Of a stretch of DNA of 64,000 bases, positions 1 to 9,548 are shown piece by piece. The position numbers and the translations under genes are program-made. The notes below the pieces were generated by a model that was given only the letters and a program-made list of their open reading frames with translations, was not told the DNA's origin and did no database searches. The stretch is from a virus (lineage: Duplodnaviria > Caudoviricetes): positions 1 to 64,000 of IMG/VR virus record IMGVR_UViG_3300027710_000022. The stretch is one strand, 5' to 3'. How positions within the stretch are numbered: the first letter of the stretch is position 1; every line of letters begins with the position of its first letter.

Positions 1-269
1 CGTCCACCACCGAACGAACCACCTTTGTGAACATCAAGTCCAGTTTGTTGGGACACTTTGAATAATAGTTCCATCATTTGGTCATTCTGATATGGTAAAT
101 AACCATTGGAGTGAATACCCAAGATTGTACTATCATCCTCACGAACGATACCAATTTTATCAGGGATAATAATTCCTGACGAAGTTTGAAGTCCTTCGGT
201 ACGGACTTTCCAATTTAAACCAGTTCTATCCAAGAACTGATTAACCCGATTGTTTTCTACGATTTCCAT
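1..269 (-). CDS. DUF932 family phage/plasmid protein (3' truncated by window edge)
   Basis: Manual translation MEIVENNRVNQFLDRTGLNWKVRTEGL...IGIVREDDSTILGIHSNGYLPYQNDQMMELL...GGSFGGG fits the DUF932 N-terminus; host-type promoter at 307-314. Confidence 0.65.
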   Translation of the reverse strand, partial: MEIVENNRVNQFLDRTGLNWKVRTEGLQTSSGIIIPDKIGIVREDDSTILGIHSNGYLPYQNDQMMELLFKVSQQTGLDVHKGGSFGGG

Positions 270-523
270 CTGTTTAATTTTTATGGTTTAATAAATGATT
301 GTATGACAAAGATAAATTAATCTGGGATATAATCCAAATTTATTTTTAAGAAATATTAATTATTTTTTTCCTCCTGATCCACCTGTGATCAGAGCTCCCA
401 ATATTACTGGGTAATACTTGACGATACCCCAGTAATTTTACGGGACGATCAGGTCGAGAAAAATTCTTGGACATAAAAAAACCCCCGACAGAATCGGAGG
501 TCTTATTAAAGTAGGTGGTTTTA

Positions 524-844
524 TTACACCAACAAATCTTGTACTGAATGTTCGGAAGTTTTTTCATCCCACACATCATCATTCCAATCCTCACCGACTT
601 GGGTACAAGTCTTGTAGAAAATTTCAACAACACCATTCTCGATGGTGACAACTCCTTCGGTTCTCTCGTTGATAGGAATCAAATCCTTTTCAACAAGGAA
701 TAGAAGTACGAGTTCGTACTCCAAAAATTGGTCGGTGTTCTCCGACTCAATGTATTCAACTTGTCCTTGGAAATCCAAGGAGAACTCAAACTCCACATTA
801 GAGTTTAGAGTTTTTTCGATTTGGGAAGTGAACAAAGTGTCCAT
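524..844 (-). CDS. Acidic hypothetical phage protein
   Basis: 106-aa ORF between its own promoter and terminator. Confidence 0.75.
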   Translation of the reverse strand: MDTLFTSQIEKTLNSNVEFEFSLDFQGQVEYIESENTDQFLEYELVLLFLVEKDLIPINERTEGVVTIENGVVEIFYKTCTQVGEDWNDDVWDEKTSEHSVQDLLV

Positions 845-1014
845 AGTGTGTAGGTCTATTGGTTAGTAGACAATACAAATATAAAAAAGAAATTCCGTTT
901 TACAATACATTTATGAAAAATTATTTTACTTTTTTTCTGACCCTGGTAATCCAAATACATTACTGGGTAATACAAGAATTCCAGTTCGGGGACCTACTGG
1001 AAATTAATACTGGG

Positions 1015-1097
1015 TAAACTCCCCAGTAAAGTAATACGTCCGAACCGTCGCGTCGGAAATTCTAACACACACTATAAACTCCCCAGTAAAGTAATAC
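1015..1097 (+). repeat. Exact 23-nt direct repeat TAAACTCCCCAGTAAAGTAATAC, two copies 60 nt apart
   Basis: Copies at 1015-1037 and 1075-1097. Confidence 0.9.
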
Positions 1098-1184
1098 ACC
1101 TAACCGGTCGAGGACCTGAGGTATGAACAAAAAAAAAGGATAGTCTTTCGACTACCCTTCTTCACCTTTCCAACCTATGTATTT

Positions 1185-1745
1185 CTACACAACTACTCCT
1201 TCTAAATGTTGTAATACGGACTTACCTTCATCCCAACAATCGTCCTCACTATAATAACTTCCACAACATTCAACTAATGTTTTGTGTTCGTGACCTTTAT
1301 TACAAGTTTCAATTTCATAAACTTTGTATTGATAAACTTCACCCGTTAAGTATTCATCATAAATTCTAACTTCACTATTCATAATCAAACTTAACTTTTC
1401 TTCACCCCTTTCAAATTCTTTACCACACATTAAGTTCAATTGTTTTTCACTTATGAAAACCCAACCAACTTGTCCACTATCCCATTGACAACTGAACGGA
1501 CTTGTGGATATAGTTATACCACTATGGTCGTACATATACAAAGGTTTAATCAAAAGGACTTTATGGTCACTTTCAATTTGTGACTTCAATTCATCCCAAC
1601 TATCAAAGTCAACACTTTTGTAGTCAGTTTTGTCACCAATATCGTACCTTTTGTGAAAACAAATCATTGTAGTAATGTTATCCCATTCGGTACGAGGATT
1701 CATTGGGTCGTTATCGTGTTCGACAACTAATTCATACTTTCTCAT
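1185..1745 (-). CDS. Conserved phage hypothetical protein (NPRxxWDN...LYMYDHSG...WDSGQVG type)
   Basis: Recognisable motif string; start moved to ATG 1745 because the track ATG at 1769 lies inside the promoter. Confidence 0.75.
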   Translation of the reverse strand: MRKYELVVEHDNDPMNPRTEWDNITTMICFHKRYDIGDKTDYKSVDFDSWDELKSQIESDHKVLLIKPLYMYDHSGITISTSPFSCQWDSGQVGWVFISEKQLNLMCGKEFERGEEKLSLIMNSEVRIYDEYLTGEVYQYKVYEIETCNKGHEHKTLVECCGSYYSEDDCWDEGKSVLQHLEGVVV

Positions 1746-2028
1746 TTTAATGTTTTTTAGTGTACACAAATATACAACTAATTCGGTTATATCAAAAATA
1801 AATTTGTTAAAATATTGTCAAAGAATTTTGGATACCCGTGAAGGTAAAATAATTTACTGGGATGTATGACAAGGATACCCCAGTAAATTTTCGACTCTGT
1901 CTTCCTGATGATGAGGTTCTTTTTGTATTACCCAGTAATAAAAACAGATGGACGGAGATGGAGAAATTTTTGAACAAAAAAAATCCACCCCTTTCGGAGT
2001 GGACTTCGGTTAGTAGGGGAACTAACCT

Positions 2029-2559
2029 TTAAATGAACTCGTAAATGTTTCCGTTGTATGACACTTCTTTAACATTATCCAAACTTACCGATAAGGTTTG
2101 TACCTTTCTTTCACTCGGTTGATTTTTGTAATTGTTTGACTTCACCAACCAACTATCAAATTCAGTTTGGTCAATCGGGTTTCCTTCAAACTCAAATTCA
2201 ACTTGTGGTTTCACTTCCATAAACCACTCGTATTGAAGATAAAACTTTTTTGTGTTTTCGTTGTAAAGGATAACATTGTTGATGTGGTTACCAACTTTGT
2301 TTTGACCTACTTGAAAATTACCTTCACCACCTTCCCTCACTTCGTTACCTTTTACTCGTTGTTCGTACTCACCACCGATTAAAACTCTAACCGATTTTTT
2401 CTTCACAACTTTTCCATAATACTTGTTCAAACCTTCTCTACCACCTTTGTTCATTTTAGGGATAGTGTGTGTAACTAAATTCATAAATGTAGGATTTTTA
2501 ACCTCGTTCATCATTTTGATAAACTCACCTTGTAGGATTTTGAAACGATTTTTTTTCAT
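2029..2559 (-). CDS. Hypothetical phage protein
   Basis: 176-aa ORF with promoter and terminator. Confidence 0.75.
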   Translation of the reverse strand: MKKNRFKILQGEFIKMMNEVKNPTFMNLVTHTIPKMNKGGREGLNKYYGKVVKKKSVRVLIGGEYEQRVKGNEVREGGEGNFQVGQNKVGNHINNVILYNENTKKFYLQYEWFMEVKPQVEFEFEGNPIDQTEFDSWLVKSNNYKNQPSERKVQTLSVSLDNVKEVSYNGNIYEFI

Positions 2560-2975
2560 AACATTATTTTGTTTATTTTTTCAATACTCTAAATTACAAC
2601 TTTTATCCAATATAACAAAATATATTTAATATTTTTTTATCCACATTCTTAATTTTTTTTTGTGGACAAATTGTGGATAACTTTTTTCCCCGTGATCCAG
2701 AAAATAAATTACTGGGGAAACGAAGAAAAAAAAAATTACAAGGTTGTAAGAAATAAAATACTGGGGTATAAAGAAAAAATCTGTGTTCGATGTGTTTGAT
2801 ATTACTGGGGTGTAATACGTTTACCCCAGGAAACTTTTCCTGGAGGATCTGATCCAATGGTCGTTGTTATGTAATACCCAGTAATTTTTTCCTGGAGACT
2901 CAGGTTCCACTCCTTCTTCTAAACAAAAAACCCCCGAACTAAAAGTCCGAGGGTTTCAAATAAATTGTGTCGAGT

Positions 2976-3188
2976 CTAATACATTATTTCAAACTTATCT
3001 TCTTCGGGAATTACGGATAAACTTCTTCCGTTATCCCAATTCACACCATAATAACCCATATCATCAACGAATACAATCGTACCCATTGTGTTAGGTTGAA
3101 TAGGGTTTGTCTTTGGGTCATCATCCATTAGAATCAATCTAATTCTTTTACCGACCATTTCTTTTCTGATTTTTAATAGTTCAAACAT
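2976..3188 (-). CDS. DUF4314 family protein
   Basis: GKRIRLILMDDDP...GTIVFVDDMG...VNWDNGRSLSVIPEEDKF. Confidence 0.7.
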   Translation of the reverse strand: MFELLKIRKEMVGKRIRLILMDDDPKTNPIQPNTMGTIVFVDDMGYYGVNWDNGRSLSVIPEEDKFEIMY

Positions 3189-3199
3189 TGTTAAAGATT

Positions 3200-3400
3200 T
3201 TATTCGTTAGAAAATAACATTTCCATTAAACCAATAACGACGGGATGAATGTCTTTATTGTTTGAATCTCCCCATTGTTTGACTTCCCCATTTTCTTGAA
3301 TGTGAAAGTTTGTCTTTGTACCATCGGTTAGTTTAAACCAACCCTTAACTTCATTGTTCCCAATGAAATTCATTTTTTGTGTTGTGATTTGTGTAGTCAT
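3200..3400 (-). CDS. Hypothetical phage protein
   Basis: ATG 3400 lies downstream of the promoter at 3422-3429. Confidence 0.65.
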   Translation of the reverse strand: MTTQITTQKMNFIGNNEVKGWFKLTDGTKTNFHIQENGEVKQWGDSNNKDIHPVVIGLMEMLFSNE

Positions 3401-3752
3401 TTTGTTTAGATGTTTAGTACCCAAATATACAACTATTATTTTTATATACAAACATTATTTGTTAAAATTTTGTGAAAGAATTTTTCCCGTGTTGTAACAT
3501 GTAATTGATTACTGGGGTAATACGAAGATGTGGTTTTCCCGTCGCACGGTGTTCACATTTACTGGGGTGTTCACGTTCCGTGAACATTGGTAATACGTGA
3601 ACATAGAATATATCCCAGTAATTTATTAGCATGTGCATGTGCTGCTACGGCGCCTGGTGTTGTGCTGCATTAGTAATACGCACAAAAAGAAAAACCCCCA
3701 CCATTTCTGATGAGGGCTCACTTACTAACCACACTATTAAACAAAACTATTG

Positions 3753-3899
3753 TCACATATCGTACGCAAATGTAGGGATAAAAAACCAAAACATAAAATA
3801 AAACGTTAAGCCAATTAGTATTACACCTAAAATGCCGTCCCAAAATTCCCTTCGGTCGTTTTTATACGTCCACACAAAGGTTTCTATAAATTCTTTCAT
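3753..3899 (-). CDS. Small single-TM membrane protein
   Basis: MKEFIETF...GILGVILIGLTFYFMFWFFIP; start abuts the stop of the upstream ORF. Confidence 0.55.
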   Translation of the reverse strand: MKEFIETFVWTYKNDRREFWDGILGVILIGLTFYFMFWFFIPTFAYDM

Positions 3900-3900
3900 C

Positions 3901-4260
3901 TTAATAAGAGTTTTGGTTATAGGTATCATACGTGTTATAATTTCTTCCACGATTGTTATCTCGATAGTCATTACGAGAAACACGTTGAGGATATCTCGGT
4001 CTTGGTACAAAGGAGTTTTCCATTTGTTCATCAATCGGTTGAACATTCCAATCTAAATCTTGTTGCTTGCATTCTGCCCAATGAATGTTATAAATCAACT
4101 CAAGTCGTTCAGTTACAATGATATAACTATTCTCGTTGAAGTGGATTTTGGTCACAGGCTCACCAGTGTTCTTGTCAATGATTTCATACATTGAATGTAC
4201 ATTTTGTGGATTCATTACCACCGGTCTTTTTGAATTTGAATTTGTCAGTTTGATTAACAT
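3901..4260 (-). CDS. Hypothetical phage protein
   Basis: 119-aa ORF with an R/N/Y-rich tail. Confidence 0.7.
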   Translation of the reverse strand: MLIKLTNSNSKRPVVMNPQNVHSMYEIIDKNTGEPVTKIHFNENSYIIVTERLELIYNIHWAECKQQDLDWNVQPIDEQMENSFVPRPRYPQRVSRNDYRDNNRGRNYNTYDTYNQNSY

Positions 4261-4290
4261 AACATTTAAATTTAAGAGTGAATAAATAAT

Positions 4291-4383
4291 TTATAACATT
4301 TGAAATGTAAAATATGATAAAAGAACCACCCAACAGATTGCACCAATAGTTAATGCACGTTTTTCGTTATTTGGTATTTTCAT
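4291..4383 (-). CDS. 30-aa putative membrane peptide
   Basis: Manual translation MKIPNNEKRALTIGAICWVVLLSYFTFQML; first ORF after the promoter at 4429-4436. Confidence 0.45.
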   Translation of the reverse strand: MKIPNNEKRALTIGAICWVVLLSYFTFQML

Positions 4384-4667
4384 TTTCTTTTTTTTTTAAT
4401 ATGATTAATTTGGTTTCTTTTGTTGATACAAAGATATAACAATTATATTAAACTTCCAAATTTATTTTAAGAAATTTATTAACCGGTCTGTTGATGGAAA
4501 GTTTATTACTGGGGAAAGTGTTGATGAGAAATCTGACGAAAAACAAAAATACGTTACTGGGATAATTCCCCAGTAAAAAGTCCGGATGGGAAGATGATGT
4601 AGAAATTCTTGGACAAAAAAAAGGGATATCATTTCTGATACCCCGATTTTCACTAACACCACAAATA

Positions 4668-4928
4668 CTAATCTTTATAAATGATTTTATTTGTAATGTC
4701 CTTTATAACCTCTCGTATTGTAATACCTTTAACTCCAACCTCAACCATACAACCATAAATGTTGGTTATGATAGTGTTAACGTGTTTAAAATCACGATAC
4801 ACTTCTCGGTTACCCCAACTATTACCTTTTTTAATTGTCAACCTTGTTGTTTCCCAACCTTTCTTATTGTTGACATATACTGATATGTTGAAATTAGTAT
4901 CGTAATACGTTCTTCTATATGTTTCCAT
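4668..4928 (-). CDS. Hypothetical phage protein
   Basis: 86-aa ORF coupled to the upstream gene. Confidence 0.65.
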   Translation of the reverse strand: METYRRTYYDTNFNISVYVNNKKGWETTRLTIKKGNSWGNREVYRDFKHVNTIITNIYGCMVEVGVKGITIREVIKDITNKIIYKD

Positions 4929-4929
4929 A

Positions 4930-5565
4930 TTATTTAGTTAAGATACCCAACTTGTGTAGGTCGTTGTAATTAAATGTGTTATTCAACTTCTTACCGAATA
5001 TGTTCTCGTATATGATTTCCATATTAACCTTATTCAATTTTGGTTTCTTAATACCATACTTCTCACAAAGTTTTACAAAGTTTCGTGTATCACAAACGAT
5101 TTCAACATTCCTACTTTCTTCGGTATTAAACCATTGATTACCTGACTTGGTACCCACACCACTTACTCCAATCATACAATACCTAAACCCACCACAATCA
5201 CCCCACCAATTATCTTTCATATCCATTTCATACACTTTGGTAATTAGAACAAAGATATTTTCATTGTTCCAATGTTTTCTAACTACGATTTGACCTTCAA
5301 CGAATTTTTTAGTGTCTTTCTTAACAATCTTTTTAGTTAATCTTTCCACTTCTTCCTCGTAGATTTTTCTTCTCATCATATAGTCATTAAACATATTATC
5401 CTTGATTTTATCCACTCTACTAACGAAAGAGGTTTCACTTTGATAATACTTGTTTTCTAACTCTTTGATTTTTTCTTTTGTCATTAAGATTTCATTTTCG
5501 AAATTTCTTAATGTTGTCGTTTCGTTTTTACGAGGTCGACCAACCTTTCTTTTTAATGTTTCCAT
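4930..5565 (-). CDS. Hypothetical protein with AT-hook-like N-terminus and coiled coil
   Basis: KRKVGRPRK followed by a heptad-rich segment. Confidence 0.7.
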   Translation of the reverse strand: METLKRKVGRPRKNETTTLRNFENEILMTKEKIKELENKYYQSETSFVSRVDKIKDNMFNDYMMRRKIYEEEVERLTKKIVKKDTKKFVEGQIVVRKHWNNENIFVLITKVYEMDMKDNWWGDCGGFRYCMIGVSGVGTKSGNQWFNTEESRNVEIVCDTRNFVKLCEKYGIKKPKLNKVNMEIIYENIFGKKLNNTFNYNDLHKLGILTK

Positions 5566-5901
5566 TGTTTATGTGTTTAGTGTCCACAAATATAAAACTA
5601 ATTTCATTATATACAAAATAAAAATGTTAATCTTTTCTAAAAATTTATTAACCGGTCACCGACGGGAACAATGTATTACTGGGGAAATGAAGATGAAGAA
5701 TTCCTCAAGAGGTGAAAACGATTTTACTGGGATGTAATACCCAGTAATGTAATACCGATGATCGTTATAAATTTCTTCAGACTCTGTGTTGAATATCCCA
5801 GTAATATGTCTTACCTGTCACGGTGTGTCGGAGATTCCTCCTCAAACAAAAATCCCCCGAAGAAAAACTCCGAGGGATTAAACAAGAATGGAAAAACAAA
5901 T

Positions 5902-6240
5902 CTAACTTTCAATCAACCTATCAATAACATCGACCAATTCATCAAACATAATGTCGTGGTCAATAGTTTCAACCACAACCATCATATCATTTACCAATCG
6001 GACTTCATAATAATCTAAACCATTTAGAGTAATCAATACGAATTGTTTCCACTTCGCACCCGTTACTTTCAATAGAATACCCTTAACATAACCATCTTCC
6101 GTTAAACCTATACGGATAAGTTTTGTAACACCCCAACACATAAAAGGAATACCTCCTTGTGTTTTGTACAATACATACATAGTATCACTGGGGTTAAACT
6201 CTCGTACCCCCAAACTGGAAAGTTTTTGTTCCGTTGTCAT
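5902..6240 (-). CDS. Conserved phage hypothetical protein
   Basis: 112-aa ORF ending DIMFDELVDVIDRLIE; own promoter and terminator. Confidence 0.75.
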   Translation of the reverse strand: MTTEQKLSSLGVREFNPSDTMYVLYKTQGGIPFMCWGVTKLIRIGLTEDGYVKGILLKVTGAKWKQFVLITLNGLDYYEVRLVNDMMVVVETIDHDIMFDELVDVIDRLIES

Positions 6241-6299
6241 ATCATTTTGTTTTTAGTGTATACAAATATAACACTATTACCAGTTTATTCAAAATTTTT

Positions 6300-6930
6300 T
6301 TTGTTAAACTTTTGTGAAGGTGAGGTTCCCTGAAAATATATTCCTGGGGTACACCCCAGTAAGGTTATTTGAAAAACTAGAAAATTTTTTTTATACGGGT
6401 TTTTCATCCCAGTAATTTTATTTCAATTTTATAATTTTTTTCTCTGTATTTTTTTTACCCCAGTAAGGTTTTTTTGAAAACCAGGAAAATTTTTTTTTTT
6501 CTTCGTAAAAATAATATTACTGGGTTGTTGAAATAAAAAAACTCAAAAAAAATTTGGATGTACTGGAATTAGTAAAAAATCGGAGAAAAGTAAAACTATA
6601 TTACTGGGGTGACGGAATGAATATTTTTTTTTTAGAATATAAAGATAAAAATTTTTTTTGTTGTTTACAAACTTTTTTTATTACTGGGGTAACTTTTTCT
6701 GATCCCCGGACGATCATCCAAAATAAATTACTGGGGTGTGCAGTTGAGTCGTACACCCGGATGTCGTGAAAAACATTCCTGGGGTAACAATCCTAAAATG
6801 TGCGCAGTAAAAAGTCTTAAATGTGCGCAGTACCCCAGTAAACAAAAACAACGATCAGGAAAAAAATCAGGTTTCCTTCCAAAACAACCCAGTAATATTT
6901 CCCTGATGATGACCCGGTAACGGGTTGTGG
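6300..6930. other. Non-coding block with long A/T tracts, nine motif copies and direct repeats
   Basis: Imperfect ~40-nt direct repeat at about 6354-6392 and 6457-6500; AAATGTGCGCAGTA at 6797-6810 and 6819-6832. Confidence 0.65.
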
Positions 6931-6995
6931 TAGAAATAAAAAACCCCCACCGAATTAACGATGAGGGTTTGGGGGAGGGGGAAACGACTAATCTT

Positions 6996-7202
6996 TTATT
7001 TTGAATCTGTGTTAGGAACACTAATTAATATTAACAATACACCGAATAGGAATACCATAGTCCATAAGGTACCTATCCAATTAAAACTACTATCAAGTTG
7101 AATACTCCCGTCATCAACCAAAAAACCGAGGAATAGGAGTAGGGAACATACGGACACCAATGTCATTCCGACATTAAACATTCTGTTATAAGTTTTTTTC
7201 AT
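6996..7202 (-). CDS. Small two-TM membrane protein
   Basis: MKKTYNRMFNVGMTLVSVCSLLLFLGFLV...LWTMVFLFGVLLILISV; start placed after the promoter at 7221-7228. Confidence 0.65.
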   Translation of the reverse strand: MKKTYNRMFNVGMTLVSVCSLLLFLGFLVDDGSIQLDSSFNWIGTLWTMVFLFGVLLILISVPNTDSK

Positions 7203-7289
7203 ATCATTTGATTTAGAAGACAAAGATATAACAATAGTTTCATTATACAAAATATAATCGTTAATGTTTTCCTAATAGATGTGGGACCT

Positions 7290-7500
7290 CAGGATACACA
7301 GGGGGATTATTACTGGGTAGACCTCCCTATACCCATAGGTGGGGGGTCCCCCCTCCCCGTATCCCCCCTTATATAGGGGGTATTTTGACATCCTAAAAGG
7401 GGGGTCAATGCCGTAACAGAAATTTTTCCGGAAAAAAAGTTGAAAAATCGACTTTATACCCCTAAACTGAAAAAAAAATTTTCCAGAATTTTTTGGGAAT
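7290..7500. other. G/C-run-rich non-coding junction at the coding-strand switch (candidate genome end, pac site or origin)
   Basis: GGGGGGTCCCCCCTCCCCGTATCCCCCCTTATATAGGGGG and similar runs in an otherwise AT-rich genome; genes diverge from this point. Confidence 0.45.
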
Positions 7501-7507
7501 ATTTATA
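7500..7507 (+). promoter_or_regulatory. TATTTATA upstream element (putative phage-specific middle/late promoter), representative copy
   Basis: TATTTAT(A) lies shortly upstream of more than 20 start codons on both strands, e.g. 7500, 11177, 62758; a further copy at 54007 lies about 80 nt before the envelope operon. Confidence 0.65.
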
Positions 7508-7511
7508 ACAT

Positions 7512-8939
7512 ATGAAATTATTAGACATTGTATATGAATCTGTTGTTGACGAGGGGTTAAAAGTCACTCAAGACGAATTCATGCAAAGAGTTAAGCGTAA
7601 ATTCAAGAATGATTTAGTTACACTACCTAATGGTAAAAAAGTTCCTCGTTATGACTTTTCCAAAACAGTTTATAAAGGTGCTAGAGTTCCTATAACTTTT
7701 TATTGTAACAAAATAGGTAAGGACGGTAAACCACATGGTACACAACAAGTGGGTGCTTTAAACAACATGTTAAATAGAAACGATGGTTGTAAATTGTGTG
7801 GTGCTGAGAACACATCATCTCGTTTTGGTCATAATCAAGATAAGTTTATAAAAAAAGCGGAAGAAAAATGGGGAAAGGGTAGATGGGACTACTCTAACTT
7901 AAAATATACAGGGAGTGAAGAACCTGTAGATATTATCTGTCACAGAAAAGATGAAAATGGTGTGGAGCATGGACCATTTAGAATTAATAGAGCACAGTGG
8001 TTCTTAACAAAGAATAATCCCATGTATTGTAAACAATGTTCCAATGAATATCGTGCAAATTCAAGAACTGAAAAATCACGTACCCGTGAGGAGTTTATAA
8101 AAAAGGCTGAAGAAGTAAACGGTAAGGGTACATACGATTATAGTCAGATGATTTATAAACAAGGTAAGGGTAAGGAACCTGTAAAAAATATCATATGTCA
8201 TAAAAAAGATGAGAATGGTGTGGAACACGGTTTGTTTAATGTGAAACTGGCACAAAGTTTAATTGCCCAAGAGAGACCTGTAGGTTGTCCAAAGTGTGGA
8301 AAACTTAAGAAAACAGAAAGAGTATCATATAAAAAAGATGAATGGATTGAATTTTCTCGTAGTATACATAAATTGAAAGATGGAACACCAAAATATACCT
8401 ACGAGAAAATTGATTTGATAAAATCACCCTATATACAATCCCTTGATTATGTGATTCTAAACTGTCCAAAAAAAGGACATGGTGATTTTTCTATTAAATC
8501 TGGTGCTCATTTATATAGTAAATCAGGTTGTCCCAAATGTGCAACATCCAAAGGTGAGGATGCTGTGGCACAATATCTTTATTCTTTAGGTTATGACACA
8601 ATAAAGGATAAAAGATTTGATGACTGTACAAACGCTTGGAAAGGAATTCAATGTTACAGATATAAATTTGATGCATATTGTCCAGAACTAAACACCATAT
8701 TTGAATTTGATGGTGGATTTCATTTTATAAGAACCTTTAAACAGACCGAGGAACATTTTCAATTACGTGTAATGGATGATAAATACAAAAACAACTATTG
8801 TAAGAGGAAAGGTATCAAATTGGTGAGAATTGCATATACTGATATGAAAGATATCAAAGGACAGATTGATAAAGCATTAAAGAGTAATAAGATGTTATGG
8901 TTATCTGATAATTACCCTAAGAAGGGTTGGAACAGTTAG
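7512..8939 (+). CDS. DUF723-type Zn-ribbon repeat protein with C-terminal Vsr/DUF559-like nuclease (homing-endonuclease-like)
   Basis: Repeats of EFI..A....G.YDYS...Y...V.IIC...HG.F...GCxxC; C-terminal SKGE...KFDAYCPELNTIFEFDGGFH...D..KN.YC...I.L.RI. Confidence 0.75.
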   Translation: MKLLDIVYESVVDEGLKVTQDEFMQRVKRKFKNDLVTLPNGKKVPRYDFSKTVYKGARVPITFYCNKIGKDGKPHGTQQVGALNNMLNRNDGCKLCGAENTSSRFGHNQDKFIKKAEEKWGKGRWDYSNLKYTGSEEPVDIICHRKDENGVEHGPFRINRAQWFLTKNNPMYCKQCSNEYRANSRTEKSRTREEFIKKAEEVNGKGTYDYSQMIYKQGKGKEPVKNIICHKKDENGVEHGLFNVKLAQSLIAQERPVGCPKCGKLKKTERVSYKKDEWIEFSRSIHKLKDGTPKYTYEKIDLIKSPYIQSLDYVILNCPKKGHGDFSIKSGAHLYSKSGCPKCATSKGEDAVAQYLYSLGYDTIKDKRFDDCTNAWKGIQCYRYKFDAYCPELNTIFEFDGGFHFIRTFKQTEEHFQLRVMDDKYKNNYCKRKGIKLVRIAYTDMKDIKGQIDKALKSNKMLWLSDNYPKKGWNS

Positions 8940-9442
8940 TAATCGAATAATACTATATTATTCTCTTCATCAATACCAAGATTACTTAGGTGGAAATCTA
9001 ATAATACCAAACCTCCCAACTTTAACATATTGAACTCTTGGATAATCCCAAGTATGTTACCATATAAAACATCGTTGTTTTTAACTTCTTCTGATAGGTC
9101 GTTTTTCTGATTAACTATATAAGCCATGATGTTACTCGAATGTTTTTTAACAATATCCACTACATCCATAAATTCGGGTACATCTGTGATAAGTTTATAC
9201 TTGTGTTTTACTATAATGTACCTATCCTCATCAAATGCATTCTTCCCCGTCTTTTTCATGGAATATATCTTAGGGAAGTGTTTCAGGTCACCCTTGAATT
9301 TTAAAATTCTCTTTGATACTAATATTTCGGTGTCATCCTCGGTTAGTTTGTATATCTTACCGTTCTTTTCATATACCGACCCCCAATTACCTTTTCCGAT
9401 TTTCTCGTAGTGGGATTCCTTTATTATGTCTATTAGTTTCAT
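8936..9442 (-). CDS. Minimal protein-kinase-like protein
   Basis: Gly loop IGKGNWGSVY, IYK lysine, catalytic-loop-like DFHLSN, metal-binding LFDY. Confidence 0.65.
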   Translation of the reverse strand: MKLIDIIKESHYEKIGKGNWGSVYEKNGKIYKLTEDDTEILVSKRILKFKGDLKHFPKIYSMKKTGKNAFDEDRYIIVKHKYKLITDVPEFMDVVDIVKKHSSNIMAYIVNQKNDLSEEVKNNDVLYGNILGIIQEFNMLKLGGLVLLDFHLSNLGIDEENNIVLFDY

Positions 9443-9548
9443 GATTTATAAATATTAACGGTAAATTTTTTAGAATATGAGTACACAATATTCGTAAAAT
9501 AAACTACATTTTAAAAAAACATGGACATAGATGTCCGAATTATATATT

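Larger units (their letters stand above)
475..6970 (-). terminator. Set of eight intrinsic terminators closing the small-gene units
   Basis: GC hairpin plus U-tract on the minus strand at about 475-502, 1129-1160, 1976-2006, 2925-2957, 3691-3717, 4615-4645, 5848-5880, 6938-6970; apparent C/A mismatches on + become G-U pairs on -. Confidence 0.85.
307..7250 (-). promoter_or_regulatory. Set of Bacteroidota sigmaA-type promoters driving the small-gene array
   Basis: TAnnTTTG (-7) on the minus strand at 307-314, 876-883, 1767-1774, 3422-3429, 4429-4436, 5587-5594, 6263-6270, 7221-7228, with a variant at 2589-2596; each has TTG/TTTG about 19 nt upstream. Confidence 0.85.
404..7317. repeat. Dispersed intergenic motif TACTGGG/CCCAGTA, about 33 copies, often as TTAC-N3-GTAA with GTAATAC flanks
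   Basis: Counted by eye in spacers near 404-435, 960-1090, 1854-1940, 2709-2885, 3509-3621, 4506-4576, 5675-5805, 6354-6896 and 7310; both orientations; none noticed in the rest of the window. Confidence 0.9.

Noticed and set aside
346-7021. Track ORFs at 346-651, 2603-2857, 4462-4662, 6554-6769, 6728-7021 and 6738-6920
   Set aside because: They run through motif-rich spacers or terminators, lack promoter context and translate low-complexity A/T tracts
404-7317. CRISPR array interpretation of the CCCAGTA repeats
   Set aside because: Core is only 7-9 nt, occurs in both orientations at irregular spacing, the 23-nt repeat has just two copies, and no cas genes are present
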